NCBI GenBank assembly: GCA_038128265.1
Contig: JAYPJE010000041.1
Location: forward strand, 1-38,466
Length of the DNA: 38,466 nt
DNA from: Gemmatimonadota bacterium
GTDB taxonomy: Bacteria > Latescibacterota > UBA2968 > UBA8231
Direction of reading: 5' to 3'
Position numbers and translations under genes: made by a program. Position 1 is the stretch's first letter, and each line of letters opens with the position of its first letter. Below are positions 1 through 10,123 of the stretch, one piece after another. Below the pieces are notes generated by a model, which saw only the letters and a program-made list of their open reading frames with translations, was not told where the DNA came from and searched no databases.

Positions 1-15
1 CTCTAATCTACTCCG

Positions 16-999
16 CTAATCCCACTCTAAAAACCAGCGCAGCTCCTCTAAGGTCGTCGCCTGTTGATAGGTCGGGTCGCTCAGCTCGAGCTGAAAGCGC
101 TCGGCAGCGACGGCATCTCCGGCGCGGCGAAACTCGGCCCAGTCGCGGTAGCTCAGCGCCTTGATATTGCTCGTTTGTCGCAAGAATTGAAAAAGGGGAT
201 CAAACCACTGGCGCCATAGCTCGTCGCCGCTCTTGGGTGTTCTGCTCATGGGGGTCGCCGTTTCCAATAGAACGGGATAGCTGCGTTCGGCCGCTTCGGC
301 GACAAAGGAATGCGCCGTGCGCTGGTTCAACTCAGCCGGCGTGTAGACGTCGATCGACCACCAGTCGACGTATTCGTCCCCCGGGTAGAGTGCCATATAC
401 TTGCGGTGTCCATCGGCGGCTATCGACCACACCAAGGCAACGTGCTGCAGATTCCAGCGGTCCCGCAGCGTCTGGGCTAGGCGCTGCCAGGCCCGCTGAT
501 AGGATTCGGGATCGTAGTCGTTCCACGGGTTGTTGCACTCGGGGCCAACGCGCAAAAAGGCAGGGCGGCCCAGCTGAGTTAGACCGAAGCACAGCGCGTC
601 AATGGCCTCGTCGAGCCGGCCATCGCTCACGGCCTGTGCATAGGACTGACCGGCGCTGGCCATGCCTACGTCAATTTGCAGTAAAAGGTAGTGTTCGTGG
701 CGAGCGAGCAGGTCGCGCAGGGGCAAATACCAGTCATAGGGCAGGGTTGCCAAGTCATACGCTACTTCGTAGTAAGCCGGCTGTGTGCGCTCCAAGCTAC
801 TGCGGTCGGTAAATGGATCAAAGTCTATGCCGGATCCAAACAGAATTCGATCGCCGCGCGGCTCTAACCGCTGTAAGAAATCGCTGCGCGAAGCAAAGGA
901 AGGGAGCCGGTCGGACGAAGAGGACTCGTCGGTTGCAATGTAGGTGGGAGCACAGCCCAGATAAGATAGCAGCAAAAGAGAGAGATATACCGTTCGCAT
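16..999 (-). CDS. Glycoside hydrolase family 26-like lipoprotein
   Basis: Lipobox-like N-terminus (LLLLSYLG-C); GH26-like motifs RPAFLRVGPECNNPWN, VWS, YPGDEYVDWWSIDVY and PVLLET. Confidence 0.7.
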   Translation of the reverse strand: MRTVYLSLLLLSYLGCAPTYIATDESSSSDRLPSFASRSDFLQRLEPRGDRILFGSGIDFDPFTDRSSLERTQPAYYEVAYDLATLPYDWYLPLRDLLARHEHYLLLQIDVGMASAGQSYAQAVSDGRLDEAIDALCFGLTQLGRPAFLRVGPECNNPWNDYDPESYQRAWQRLAQTLRDRWNLQHVALVWSIAADGHRKYMALYPGDEYVDWWSIDVYTPAELNQRTAHSFVAEAAERSYPVLLETATPMSRTPKSGDELWRQWFDPLFQFLRQTSNIKALSYRDWAEFRRAGDAVAAERFQLELSDPTYQQATTLEELRWFLEWD

Positions 1000-1041
1000 A
1001 CGCTAAAGCTATGCCGTTGAAGCTGCTCGATCCAGTGCTGC

Positions 1042-1965
1042 TCAGAAGGGCTCGCCGGCCGCGCGCAGGGCGCCGAGCGCATCCAGGGTGACAAAGATAT
1101 TGCCGCGCGTCCGATGCGTGCCGCCCCAGTTTACCAGCGAGTCGCCCTCCCTGTCCGAGCGACCGGGCCGGTAGTATTTGCGTTCGGCGGGAAACGTGCC
1201 GTCGGCCAACTGCTTGCCCTTTAGCAGCTGGACAGCTGGCTGACAGCGCGGGTCGGTCGCGCAACCCACTTCGCCTAGCACCTTGACGGCAAAGAGCACG
1301 TCGGCGTGTTCGTAGCACGGGTAGTGCAGCGAGATAAAGTCTGCGCTCAGTGGGGTCGAGCAATCGGATTTGCAGAATGCGCTGCGCGCTAGCAGGCGCT
1401 CTACGAGGTGCTCGACCGCTGCGTGCGATGCTGCACAATCGCGCTGCTGGCCGTGCATATAGAGGCCGCGGATGGCGCTCAGTGCCTGCGCAAAAGAAGC
1501 GGGTGTTTCGCGGGGCTGCCACCCTTCGGCCCAGGAAATTAAACGCGCAGCCAGCGCGTCGGCGCGCTCGTCGGCTAGCTGCAGAAAGTGGAGGTAGTGG
1601 AGTGCGTGGCCCTCTACGCTGCCGCACGTAGGCTCTTCGCGCTGTGGACTGAGCAGCCACGCGCAGACCTGTTCGCGCAGTGAAGGCAGGCGTGCGTCGC
1701 TATCGGCGCAGCCTAAATCGGCGAGCAGGTATAACACCCAGTGGGCGCCGCGCCAGCGTGCATGAGGCGGCACGACGATGCGGCCATCGCGCCATTCGGC
1801 CAGCAGCGTCGAGACCAGCGGCGATGCGGCCACGTCGTCGCGGACGATGCGTATTTCGCGCGATGCGAGCGGTCGTTGGTAGACGTGGCGTAAGATTTTG
1901 AAGCGCACGTGCGGCTCTTCCGACTCGGCCAACTGCCGCGCAATGTGCTTGATCGAATCGAGCAT
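1042..1965 (-). CDS. Hypothetical protein, prenyltransferase/terpenoid-cyclase-like alpha-alpha toroid
   Basis: 307-aa ORF with WRGAHWVLYLLADLG, LHYPCY, DPRCQPAVQLLKGKQLADGTFP (QxxDG-like repeat) and C-terminal VTLDAL. Confidence 0.5.
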   Translation of the reverse strand: MLDSIKHIARQLAESEEPHVRFKILRHVYQRPLASREIRIVRDDVAASPLVSTLLAEWRDGRIVVPPHARWRGAHWVLYLLADLGCADSDARLPSLREQVCAWLLSPQREEPTCGSVEGHALHYLHFLQLADERADALAARLISWAEGWQPRETPASFAQALSAIRGLYMHGQQRDCAASHAAVEHLVERLLARSAFCKSDCSTPLSADFISLHYPCYEHADVLFAVKVLGEVGCATDPRCQPAVQLLKGKQLADGTFPAERKYYRPGRSDREGDSLVNWGGTHRTRGNIFVTLDALGALRAAGEPF

Positions 1966-2080
1966 GGTCTATTCGGAATAGAAGGGCCGACAGGGCTTCT
2001 ACAAGACTGCAAGCGCCCCGAAGCTATAAAGGGGGTGCACGCTCGGTCTGGATCAGTGACTTGGCGTGGAAGGATTGCTG

Positions 2081-4423
2081 CTAAGCTGTGTCTGGATGGA
2101 GGGCATTGTAGACCGCCCCTTGAATATCTTCTACCGTGTATGGCTTATCTAAAAAGACGTTTATTTTGCCTTCTTCCATATACTGTTCGACGCGTTCGAC
2201 GCGGTATCCAGTGCAGAGAACAACCGCAATATCTGAGCGCAGTGCGCGCATGCTATCAATGAGCTGTATGCCGGTTAGATTAGGCATTGTGTAGTCGGTT
2301 ACAAGCACATCAAAGCGCTCGGGGTCTTTGGTAAATTCGTCTAGCGCTTCCTGAGGGTCGTTAAAGGTGACCACCGTATAGCCCGCATGCTCTAACATAT
2401 GCTGTCCGAGCATGGTTAAGTTGGTCTCGTCATCGACGACCATCACGGTGCCTTTATCGTGATAAAACGTCGGGCCGCTCTCGGCTACTTCTTTGCTCTC
2501 AGTCTTAATCGCCGGTACGTAAATGCGGAATTCCGTGCCCTTGCCCAATTCGCTGTCGACCTCAATAACGGCGTTCCACTGATGGATGATTCCATGCACT
2601 ACGGCTAGGCCCAAACCGGTGCCTTTGTCGGAGTCTTTAGTAGTAAAGTATGGCTCGAAAAGGCGCTGCCTTGTTTCTTCATCCATCCCCGTTCCGGTAT
2701 CGCGAACGATCAGAGCGATACCGTCGGGCCCGTTGAGCTTTTGCAGGGCTACGTCGCTGGAAAGTTGCTCGACTAGTACGGTGAGCTCGCCGCCATGGTC
2801 TTCCATGGCGTGCGAGGCGTTGGTGCACAGGTTCATAATAAGCTGGTGGATGTGTGAGGCGTTGGCGACGATACTGCTCGCGTTGTCGTCAATGTGCTGA
2901 TGGATATCTATCGTGCTGGGTAGCGATGAGCGCACCAGCTTGAGTGCCTCTTTGACAATGGGAACGATGTGCAGCGGCTCTGTCTCTTGCGACTGCGTGC
3001 GGCTGAACGTGAGAATTTGCTGCACGAGCTGGCGCGCCTGCTCGCCGGCTTTGAGCGAGGTCTGTAGCGCCTCTTTGGTTTTCTCTGGGTTGTCGACAAA
3101 GAGCGTGGCGAGCTCCGCATAGCCCAGAATGACGGTTAACAGGTTGTTAAAGTCGTGGGCGATACCGCCGGCCAGCGTACCCATCGCCTCCATTTTTTGT
3201 GCCTGAATAAACATTTTCTCTAGTTGGGCGGTTTCCGCCTCTAGTTGGGCGGTTTCCTCGACCTGTCGCTGAAGGTTGAGGTTGCTCTGCTCCAGGTCGG
3301 CCGTGCGCTGTGCAACGCGCGATTCGAGCTCATGGTTTATTCTTTGCAGCTCTGCTTCTTTGTTCTCCGTTGAAGATTTATAGGCCAACAGCTTCCACAG
3401 GCCGTATCCGGTGAGCAAAAGAAAAAAGAGGGCGCCTGCGACAAGGCGCGTTTCAGTGGGCGCATCGATTAGCATGCGATGTGACACCAGGTAGTAATGG
3501 TCTCGTGGGATCGGGCCGCCGTTTTCAGTTGTGGAGAAGCTAGCTGATCTATTGTCCGCGTGTAGGTTTTCCCATGGAGTAAAGCGCTGAAAGGACCAGA
3601 CAAAGTTGTCTTGAACTAGCTGTTCGCTGTCGGACAGCTTCGCTGTGTTCCAAGCGTCGGGGTGTTTCGTGGAGAAATTTAGTTCGGTTAATGCGGCCGG
3701 ATTTCCCCCAAATATGACGTACGTGTCGATGCCGTTGGCATCGACAAGCATGTAGTACTTGGGGTCGATGACGTCGGCTACGTGTGAAGTTGGCACCAGG
3801 TCATTGAGCGCATAATCCAGGACCAACAAGCCGTGTGGGTCCGAGGCATCATGGTCATATAATGGCGAAGCGATACTCAACACGGGTTCGTTTATGCGAT
3901 TGGTTGGCGAAAACGGAACGTTGGTGATGAGCGGCGAAATATACACGGACCGGTTGGGCAGGTTTATGCCCTTTTCGAAAAGTTCGCTTTGCGATATGTT
4001 TTCCAGTTCATTGTCGGGAGAAACGACAATGTCACCGTCGGTGCGCTGCACGCGTAGCAGCTCCAGACCATCGCTGTCAACAAGGCGAACCTGGTAAAAA
4101 GCGAGCGTCTGCAGAGCAGAAGAAATTTCTCCAAATGCTGCCGATTCGGTCAGCGATGGGTCATCTACAAAGCTGAGGTCTGCAAATTCATGGTGTGTCG
4201 CAAGAAGAACTGTTTCCCGGGGTAAGGGATCGAGAATATGCTTGATGGAGGCAGATCGCTCTTTGATTTGCCGGGCATGAGCACGCATCTGATCTGCCTG
4301 ATCTTCGGTTGACCGAAGATGCCAGATGTACCAGGTTACGGCATAAAACGCCAGGCAAAAAAGGGCAAAAATAACTATAAATTGCCCCAAGAAACCATGC
4401 GTTTTTAATGTCTTGTTAACCAT
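2081..4423 (-). CDS. Hybrid sensor histidine kinase/response regulator (periplasmic Cache-like sensor, HisKA, HATPase, REC)
   Basis: Two TM segments; H-box GIAHDFNNLL; N-box QLIMNLCTNA; DTGTGM; FEPYFTTK; GTGLGL; receiver VVDDE...TDYTMP...KPY. Confidence 0.95.
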   Translation of the reverse strand: MVNKTLKTHGFLGQFIVIFALFCLAFYAVTWYIWHLRSTEDQADQMRAHARQIKERSASIKHILDPLPRETVLLATHHEFADLSFVDDPSLTESAAFGEISSALQTLAFYQVRLVDSDGLELLRVQRTDGDIVVSPDNELENISQSELFEKGINLPNRSVYISPLITNVPFSPTNRINEPVLSIASPLYDHDASDPHGLLVLDYALNDLVPTSHVADVIDPKYYMLVDANGIDTYVIFGGNPAALTELNFSTKHPDAWNTAKLSDSEQLVQDNFVWSFQRFTPWENLHADNRSASFSTTENGGPIPRDHYYLVSHRMLIDAPTETRLVAGALFFLLLTGYGLWKLLAYKSSTENKEAELQRINHELESRVAQRTADLEQSNLNLQRQVEETAQLEAETAQLEKMFIQAQKMEAMGTLAGGIAHDFNNLLTVILGYAELATLFVDNPEKTKEALQTSLKAGEQARQLVQQILTFSRTQSQETEPLHIVPIVKEALKLVRSSLPSTIDIHQHIDDNASSIVANASHIHQLIMNLCTNASHAMEDHGGELTVLVEQLSSDVALQKLNGPDGIALIVRDTGTGMDEETRQRLFEPYFTTKDSDKGTGLGLAVVHGIIHQWNAVIEVDSELGKGTEFRIYVPAIKTESKEVAESGPTFYHDKGTVMVVDDETNLTMLGQHMLEHAGYTVVTFNDPQEALDEFTKDPERFDVLVTDYTMPNLTGIQLIDSMRALRSDIAVVLCTGYRVERVEQYMEEGKINVFLDKPYTVEDIQGAVYNALHPDTA
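3218..3257. repeat. 21-bp-period tandem duplication inside the kinase (ETAQLEA/ETAQLEK)
   Basis: CTCTAGTTGGGCGGTTTCC occurs identically at 3218-3236 and 3239-3257. Confidence 0.9.
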
Positions 4424-4548
4424 TGGGCTCCGATTGAGTAGGCAAACGATTTACATATAATGTATTTACCCGTTGGAATAGTCAAGTAGTTACGCAGGTG
4501 GTATGCGATACGCGACCATCTATATTGGCCGCGTAGAGAGGTTGTGCC

Positions 4549-5838
4549 ATGGAATATGACATTCAAGTTCAGGTAGAAGAAGCAATCTATTCGTTTGAGC
4601 TGGCCGATAACGGTGCTGGACCGCTGTGGTGCCACGGTTCGACCATTGTTGCGCGCTGGCGTGAACGCGTGTACGTCGTCGCGCTGGAAACGCTGGATGG
4701 GCAGGTGCCGCTCAACAACTGTCGCTGGGTGCTCTACTGCCGCGACGAGAGCGGTTGGCAGCGCATCCATGCCGACGAGAGTGGCCGCACTCGAGAGCCG
4801 TCGCCGCTGGCATTGTTGGACGATGGTCAACTCGTCGTATCGGCCAATCCTACGCTGACCGAAGAGGGCGCCTACAGCGGGCCTGCCCGGCCGACGGCCT
4901 TTGTTTTTGATGCGGCCAATCCGCTGTCTGGCCAGCGCGTTGAGCAGCCGCTTTGGCAGGGCGAGCCGGCCTTTAGCGAGCATTCCTATCGAACGGTGGT
5001 GGCTGATGGGCAGGCAGGTCAGGTGCTCTACATGCAGAATGTCGGCTACGATTCAGCGCATATGTCGCTGCGCGATCGGGCGGGTCACTGGCGTGGTATT
5101 GGCCAGATCTTCTGGCCGCGCGGCGACGAGTACGAGACGCCGCAGCCGCTGCGCCTGTGCTATCCCAACGTCATGTTGCGCCGCGGCCAGGCGCACTTTT
5201 TGGGCGTGGGCGATATCGTCGAACCAGTCGCGGCCTGGCGCGAGGAGAAATTTCGCCAGAGCGGCCGGCAGTGGGACTACGTATTTCGCCGCCTGTTCTA
5301 TGCGATGACGCCAGATATTGCCCATGCACCCTTTGGCCAGTGGGTCGAATTGGTCAATCTCGATGCGACGGCCGGGGCCGTTCGCAGCGGCGACCTCTTC
5401 GTCGATGACTCTGGATTAGTGCACGTGCTGTGGAGCCAGACCAATGCCGATGCGCGCCTGCGCGCGGCGTTTTTTCCCGACGTCGAAATAGAGCACGCGC
5501 TCTACTACGCAACGCTGCGCGATGGGCGGGTTGTCGACAAGGTTGCGCTGTGCCGTGCGCTAGCGGGCGAGGGCCCCGTGCCCCAGGTTGCGCGTTTCCA
5601 CCAGACGCCGCAGGGTCGACTGCTGGTGTTGGCCTCATTTGCCGAGCAAATGCGCCTAGCCGAGTTGGGTGGGGAAGAGGTGGTATGGCATGACGTGCCC
5701 CTCGGCGCACCCTTCGTAGGCACGTTTCTAACGGCAACCGGACGCGCTGGCAGTGTGCCGTCCGCATACATCGATATCGTCGGCCACCGATCTGGACAGG
5801 GCCAGACGCTCAGCTATGCGCGCGTGCGGGTAGAGTAA
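4549..5838 (+). CDS. Hypothetical protein (beta-rich, possibly BNR/propeller-like)
   Basis: 429-aa ORF with AGAGAGG RBS; protein-like composition; no family recognised with certainty. Confidence 0.65.
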   Translation: MEYDIQVQVEEAIYSFELADNGAGPLWCHGSTIVARWRERVYVVALETLDGQVPLNNCRWVLYCRDESGWQRIHADESGRTREPSPLALLDDGQLVVSANPTLTEEGAYSGPARPTAFVFDAANPLSGQRVEQPLWQGEPAFSEHSYRTVVADGQAGQVLYMQNVGYDSAHMSLRDRAGHWRGIGQIFWPRGDEYETPQPLRLCYPNVMLRRGQAHFLGVGDIVEPVAAWREEKFRQSGRQWDYVFRRLFYAMTPDIAHAPFGQWVELVNLDATAGAVRSGDLFVDDSGLVHVLWSQTNADARLRAAFFPDVEIEHALYYATLRDGRVVDKVALCRALAGEGPVPQVARFHQTPQGRLLVLASFAEQMRLAELGGEEVVWHDVPLGAPFVGTFLTATGRAGSVPSAYIDIVGHRSGQGQTLSYARVRVE

Positions 5839-5850
5839 ATCGGTTGCCGA

Positions 5851-5866
5851 GTCCGGCGCGCCGGAC
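5851..5866. terminator. Perfect 16-bp palindrome between convergent genes; possible terminator hairpin
   Basis: GTCCGGCGCGCCGGAC is self-complementary and lies between stops at 5838 (+) and 5868 (-); no clear U-tract. Confidence 0.35.
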
Positions 5867-5867
5867 G

Positions 5868-6932
5868 TTAGGTCCAGCGCGCTGCCTTGTAGACGGCGTG
5901 TAGGATATCGAGGTTTTTCGCCTCTAGTTCCAGCGGCATGGGCACCGGCCCCTTGCCCTGCAAGGCCTTGATAATGGCCTGCCCTACTGGATGCATATCG
6001 CCCTTGTCGTGGCGCGCCATATTGACGGTATAGACGCGCTTTTTTGGGGCGCCCTTGCCGCTATTGCCCGTATAAAAATGTTCGATTTCATGCACGTCGC
6101 CAAAAGAGGTATAGGTGAAGCGCAGGCCGCCGTTGGTTCCGTAGATGCTGGTCTGGTTCGGCACTTCGTGGTGGGCATTGCTGGCGCGTTCCCAGAAATA
6201 CTTCAGTCCATTCTCAAAAGACAGCAGGGCGCCGCCGTGCTCTTCGACGGTGAAGTTCTTGGTGCCGGCTGGTACCCTATCTAACCCATTGACGCAAAAC
6301 GCCTCGCAGCGCTCAAATGTGGGTTCGCCGAGCACGCCCAAGTGAAACGATAGATCGTAGACGCCCCAGTCGTAAAGCGGTCCACCGCCGGCTATATCGC
6401 GGTCCAAAAACCACTTGGCCGACGGGTGGTATTCGATGCCGGGGCGCCCTTGGCGCGATACGGCGCGGTGATGCACGAAGTATACCTGGCCGATTTTGCC
6501 CGAGTCGATCAGTTTTTTCACATAGGGAAACTTGGGCTGCAGCCGCGCGTGGCGGCAGGAGCAGCCGGTGACCATTAGTTCGGGGTGCTTGTTGGCCTCT
6601 TTGAGCAGACGGCGGGCTTCGGCCGGCGTGCGCGTCAGCGGTTTTTCCATAATCAGGTGCTTTTTGGCGCGCAGGACGTCGATGCCGATCTGGCAGTGCA
6701 GGCCGGGCGGGGTGCACACGACGACGGCATCGAGTTCGGGGTCTTTAAGTAGCTCTTTGTAGTTGGTCGTCAACTGCGCGATGCCGTACTCGGTGCCCAG
6801 CGCCTGCAGCGCCTGCTTGTTTACATCGGCCAGCGCGCGGATTTCGGTGCGCCGATCGGCGTCGAAGTTGCGCATATGAGCGCTGGCAATCATGCCGCCG
6901 CCGATAAAACCAATCTGAATTTTCCGTGCCAT
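5868..6932 (-). CDS. Gfo/Idh/MocA family oxidoreductase
   Basis: IGFIGGGMIA Rossmann motif; DAVVVCTPPGLH; HLIMEKPL; GGGPLYDWGVYDL. Confidence 0.93.
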   Translation of the reverse strand: MARKIQIGFIGGGMIASAHMRNFDADRRTEIRALADVNKQALQALGTEYGIAQLTTNYKELLKDPELDAVVVCTPPGLHCQIGIDVLRAKKHLIMEKPLTRTPAEARRLLKEANKHPELMVTGCSCRHARLQPKFPYVKKLIDSGKIGQVYFVHHRAVSRQGRPGIEYHPSAKWFLDRDIAGGGPLYDWGVYDLSFHLGVLGEPTFERCEAFCVNGLDRVPAGTKNFTVEEHGGALLSFENGLKYFWERASNAHHEVPNQTSIYGTNGGLRFTYTSFGDVHEIEHFYTGNSGKGAPKKRVYTVNMARHDKGDMHPVGQAIIKALQGKGPVPMPLELEAKNLDILHAVYKAARWT

Positions 6933-6946
6933 ATCGTTGGATTCCT

Positions 6947-7933
6947 TTAGCTGAGGTTGAGCTCGCTCAAATAGATGGCAGAAGGCGGTAGCCCCGAACC
7001 GCTGCCTTCGTGACTGGAGTAGTACGACAGCAGTGCATGTCCATCGTCGAGGGCGACAAAGCCGGGATAGGAGGTGTCGCCGCCGCTGGGCAAGGTGCCA
7101 ATGGGGTGCAACTGCTCGTCAACTAACCAGTATAGTGCGGTATGCGGTCGCTGCGGGTCGACGCTGTTGCGACCGCCGATTAAGTAGTGTGCGCCCCACT
7201 TGACCAGCAGCGGGCCACCGACGTTGCGGTCGAGGTCGCTGCGCGTCCATTCGGCATAGGGTGGGCGCGACCGGCAAATGCGTGCCGGCTGTGCGTCGGC
7301 TCCGCGCGCCAGCGCTACGCACTGCCCGTCTTCCTCAAAAATAAAGGCGGTCTCGTCGCCGTATTCTTCCGTAAACAGAGAGCAGTAGCTCCACACTAGG
7401 CCGTCTGCGCTCTCCAGCATGGCTCCTTCGATCTGCGTGCGATCGGTGCGTTCTTCCTCGCCGTCGGCATAGCCTTTGCGGCGCCGGCCGCATAGATAGG
7501 CTCGGTCTCCGTGCGCGGCCGCGCGCCAGATATAGTGGCCGTAGGTTCCCTCTAGGTGAACCGGTCCGTGCCAGCGGATACCATCGTCGCTATAGGCGGC
7601 AAAGCCGAGATGGTCGTTTATCGTGCGCGCTTGGCCCTCGGGCGGAATGGCCCACGTGCCGCTGTAGACGAATAGCCGTTTTTTAAAAACGAGGAAGTGA
7701 GGGTCGCGCACGTCGCGCGGTGCGGCGTCAAAGACAAAGGATTCGGTCCATGTTGCGCCGCTGTCTTCGCTGCGCAGAACGACGATTTGCGAGCTGGAAA
7801 AGAGCATGTGGCCTTCGGGGCAGCGGCGGTAGGTCAGGTAGAGCGCACCGTTAAAGGCGCACAGATCGGTGAAGGCGTTGTGGTTGCCGTCGTCGACTAC
7901 GGCGCGTGGGGTGCCGATGTGTAGCGTGGACAA
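6947..7933 (-). CDS. BNR/Asp-box (exo-alpha-sialidase-like) beta-propeller protein
   Basis: Asp-boxes SEDSGATW, SDDGIRW, SADGLVW; HNAFTDL; DVRDP; GGDTSYPG; TTG start with AGGAG RBS. Confidence 0.75.
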   Translation of the reverse strand: MSTLHIGTPRAVVDDGNHNAFTDLCAFNGALYLTYRRCPEGHMLFSSSQIVVLRSEDSGATWTESFVFDAAPRDVRDPHFLVFKKRLFVYSGTWAIPPEGQARTINDHLGFAAYSDDGIRWHGPVHLEGTYGHYIWRAAAHGDRAYLCGRRRKGYADGEEERTDRTQIEGAMLESADGLVWSYCSLFTEEYGDETAFIFEEDGQCVALARGADAQPARICRSRPPYAEWTRSDLDRNVGGPLLVKWGAHYLIGGRNSVDPQRPHTALYWLVDEQLHPIGTLPSGGDTSYPGFVALDDGHALLSYYSSHEGSGSGLPPSAIYLSELNLS

Positions 7934-7969
7934 AGTGAACTCCTTGGCAGGGGGCCTGTATGGAACGCT

Positions 7970-8311
7970 CTACATGTATTTCTTGCGTTCGGCCAGCACG
8001 CCGATAGCCATAAACGAGGCCACTACGACGACCGCGACGTACTGGTCGCCAAAGTAGCGCAACAGCTGCGCGACCGAGGGCGTGATTAGCACGGTTAGCA
8101 TGCCGTAGCCAAACGAGCAGAGCAGCACAAAAATAAGCGTGCGCACGACAAAGGGATAGGGACGAATGCGGCGCTTGACGGCGGCGTTGATCTCGTCGCC
8201 GTAGATGACTAGCAGCGCTGTGGTAAAGGCCGTGGCAATGGCCAGCACGTGTGCGCGCACCCAGCCAGCCGGCATGAGGGCGAGTTCTTTGAGAAAGGCG
8301 ATGGGATCCAT
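7970..8311 (-). CDS. DUF3392-like small membrane protein
   Basis: LLVIYGDEIN...RTLIFVLLCSFGYG...IGVLAER signature; start moved to ATG at 8311. Confidence 0.75.
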   Translation of the reverse strand: MDPIAFLKELALMPAGWVRAHVLAIATAFTTALLVIYGDEINAAVKRRIRPYPFVVRTLIFVLLCSFGYGMLTVLITPSVAQLLRYFGDQYVAVVVVASFMAIGVLAERKKYM

Positions 8312-8406
8312 GCAGTTTCCGCGTGGTAAAGCAAGGGGAGGGGATGAGTCCAAAACTAAGGGGGCGGTGGGAGAAATGCCAGCGCGTTATGGGACTCCAG
8401 TGTTGG

Positions 8407-10110
8407 TCAGATGCGGCGGAAGGCTGCCAGCACGTCGTTTTGGCTGAGGATGCCCAACAGGTGGCCGTGGTCCGCCTCATCGAGGACCGGCAGATAGCTG
8501 GCGTCGGGGTGTTGGCGAAACATTTCGAGCACGTCGGAGAGCGTCTGCTGCGGAAAGGCGACTAGCTTGAGCGGGCGCACTAAGTCGGCGGCGATAACCA
8601 GGTTGGACAGGTGGGGGTCGACGAGAATATCGCGCACGTCGTCGTAGGCGATAACGCCCTCGAAGCGCCCCTCTTCATCGACGACGGGAAAGCGGTCGTA
8701 GCGGCTGTGAGCGATCAGGCGCAGCAGTTCGTTGAAATGCGTCGTAGTATGAACGGTATCAACGCTTTTGCGCATGACGTGCTCAACGAGTATATCACCA
8801 GCGTGGTCTAATTGGTGCCCCTGCGGCACACCCAGGGATTGGCGAAAATGGGTGACGACGTGGTGCAAACTCTCAAAAGCGCCGGTCGGGGCACGGCGCG
8901 CCAGCAGGGTCAATACGGGCACCTCGCCGGCCTGCACTAAGCCAAAGCGCACGGCGACCGGTCCGCCCAACTCGAAGATAACGACGGCCCCTAGTACTAC
9001 CGTTTGCAGCATCTGCCCCGGTCCTGGCCAGACTTCGGCTAGCGCCGAGGACAGGCCAATGGCCACGCCGGCCTGGGCTAGCATAGTGGGACCGGTCCAC
9101 TGTTCGTGGCGTTCGCTAAAGTGACCCCAGCGTGCGCCCAGGCGACAGCCCAGCAGCTTGCCGGCCGTGCGCATTAGCACGTAGGCCACCCCCACCAGGC
9201 CAATATGGCCGAGCATTTCAATGTGCAGATTGGCGCCTGCCAGCGCGAAAAACAGCACGTAGAGTGGGTAGTCCAACTGACGGATGGCTGCCAGCAGCTC
9301 GCCGTCTCGAGTCGAGGCGTTGGCCAGCACGGCGCCGCAGGTAAAGGTGCCGAGCATGGCATCAACCGCCATCATGTCGCACAGGGCCGTCACGCCGATG
9401 GCACCGCCGAGAATGAGCAGTTGCTGCTCGCTTGTCGTGCGCAGGCGCTCAGCCCAAATGCTCATAAAGAACCCGCTCAGAATACCAATCGCCGGCGGCA
9501 ATAGCAGGCTATAAGCCAGCGAACTCATACCGCTGTCTGGGGTTAGGAGAGCGAAGACCGCTACGTTGAACAGCAGTACACAGACGAGGTTGTCTAGGCC
9601 AATAAGCGTGCGCACGACATCGGTTAATGGGCCAGCTGATTCGTATTCGCGTATCACGAGCAGCGTTGCTGCAGGGGCCGTGGCCATGGCGATGATACCC
9701 AAAAACAGGCCTGTGCGCAGTGGGTCGATCTGCGCCAGGTCGCCAAAGAAGAAATGCACCGCAGCGGTAGATGCAAAGACCAGAAAAAAGGTTGCGCCAA
9801 ATTCGCAGAGCGAGAGAACGGCGATGCGGTGGTGCCAACGCCGCAGGTTCTCGCCTTGAAAGTGCATGCCGATGGCCAGCATAATCAGCGTGAGGGCGAT
9901 ATGTGATACGGGCTGCAGACGCTCGAGGTCTCTGTAGTCGAGCAGCGATGGATAGCCGAGCAGGTGCGATAGCGAGGGGCCGGCCAGCAGGCCGACTAGC
10001 AGGTAGCCGGTGACACGTGGCAGGTGCCATTGGAATACCTGGCGCCCGGCCAGCAGGGCCAGCCAAAACAGAATGGCTGCTGCTGCAAACGTGTATACAG
10101 AAGCATTCAT
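8407..10110 (-). CDS. Cation:proton antiporter with C-terminal CBS pair
   Basis: LPRVTGYLLVGLLAGPS, ATAPAATLLVIRE, LFFALAGANL, QAGVAIGL; CBS repeats (RFPVVDEEGRFEGVI, LPVLDE...LLGILSQNDVL); start MNASV at 10110 avoids overlap with the SDR gene. Confidence 0.9.
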   Translation of the reverse strand: MNASVYTFAAAAILFWLALLAGRQVFQWHLPRVTGYLLVGLLAGPSLSHLLGYPSLLDYRDLERLQPVSHIALTLIMLAIGMHFQGENLRRWHHRIAVLSLCEFGATFFLVFASTAAVHFFFGDLAQIDPLRTGLFLGIIAMATAPAATLLVIREYESAGPLTDVVRTLIGLDNLVCVLLFNVAVFALLTPDSGMSSLAYSLLLPPAIGILSGFFMSIWAERLRTTSEQQLLILGGAIGVTALCDMMAVDAMLGTFTCGAVLANASTRDGELLAAIRQLDYPLYVLFFALAGANLHIEMLGHIGLVGVAYVLMRTAGKLLGCRLGARWGHFSERHEQWTGPTMLAQAGVAIGLSSALAEVWPGPGQMLQTVVLGAVVIFELGGPVAVRFGLVQAGEVPVLTLLARRAPTGAFESLHHVVTHFRQSLGVPQGHQLDHAGDILVEHVMRKSVDTVHTTTHFNELLRLIAHSRYDRFPVVDEEGRFEGVIAYDDVRDILVDPHLSNLVIAADLVRPLKLVAFPQQTLSDVLEMFRQHPDASYLPVLDEADHGHLLGILSQNDVLAAFRRI

Positions 10111-10123
10111 GTGCGTGCGCTCG

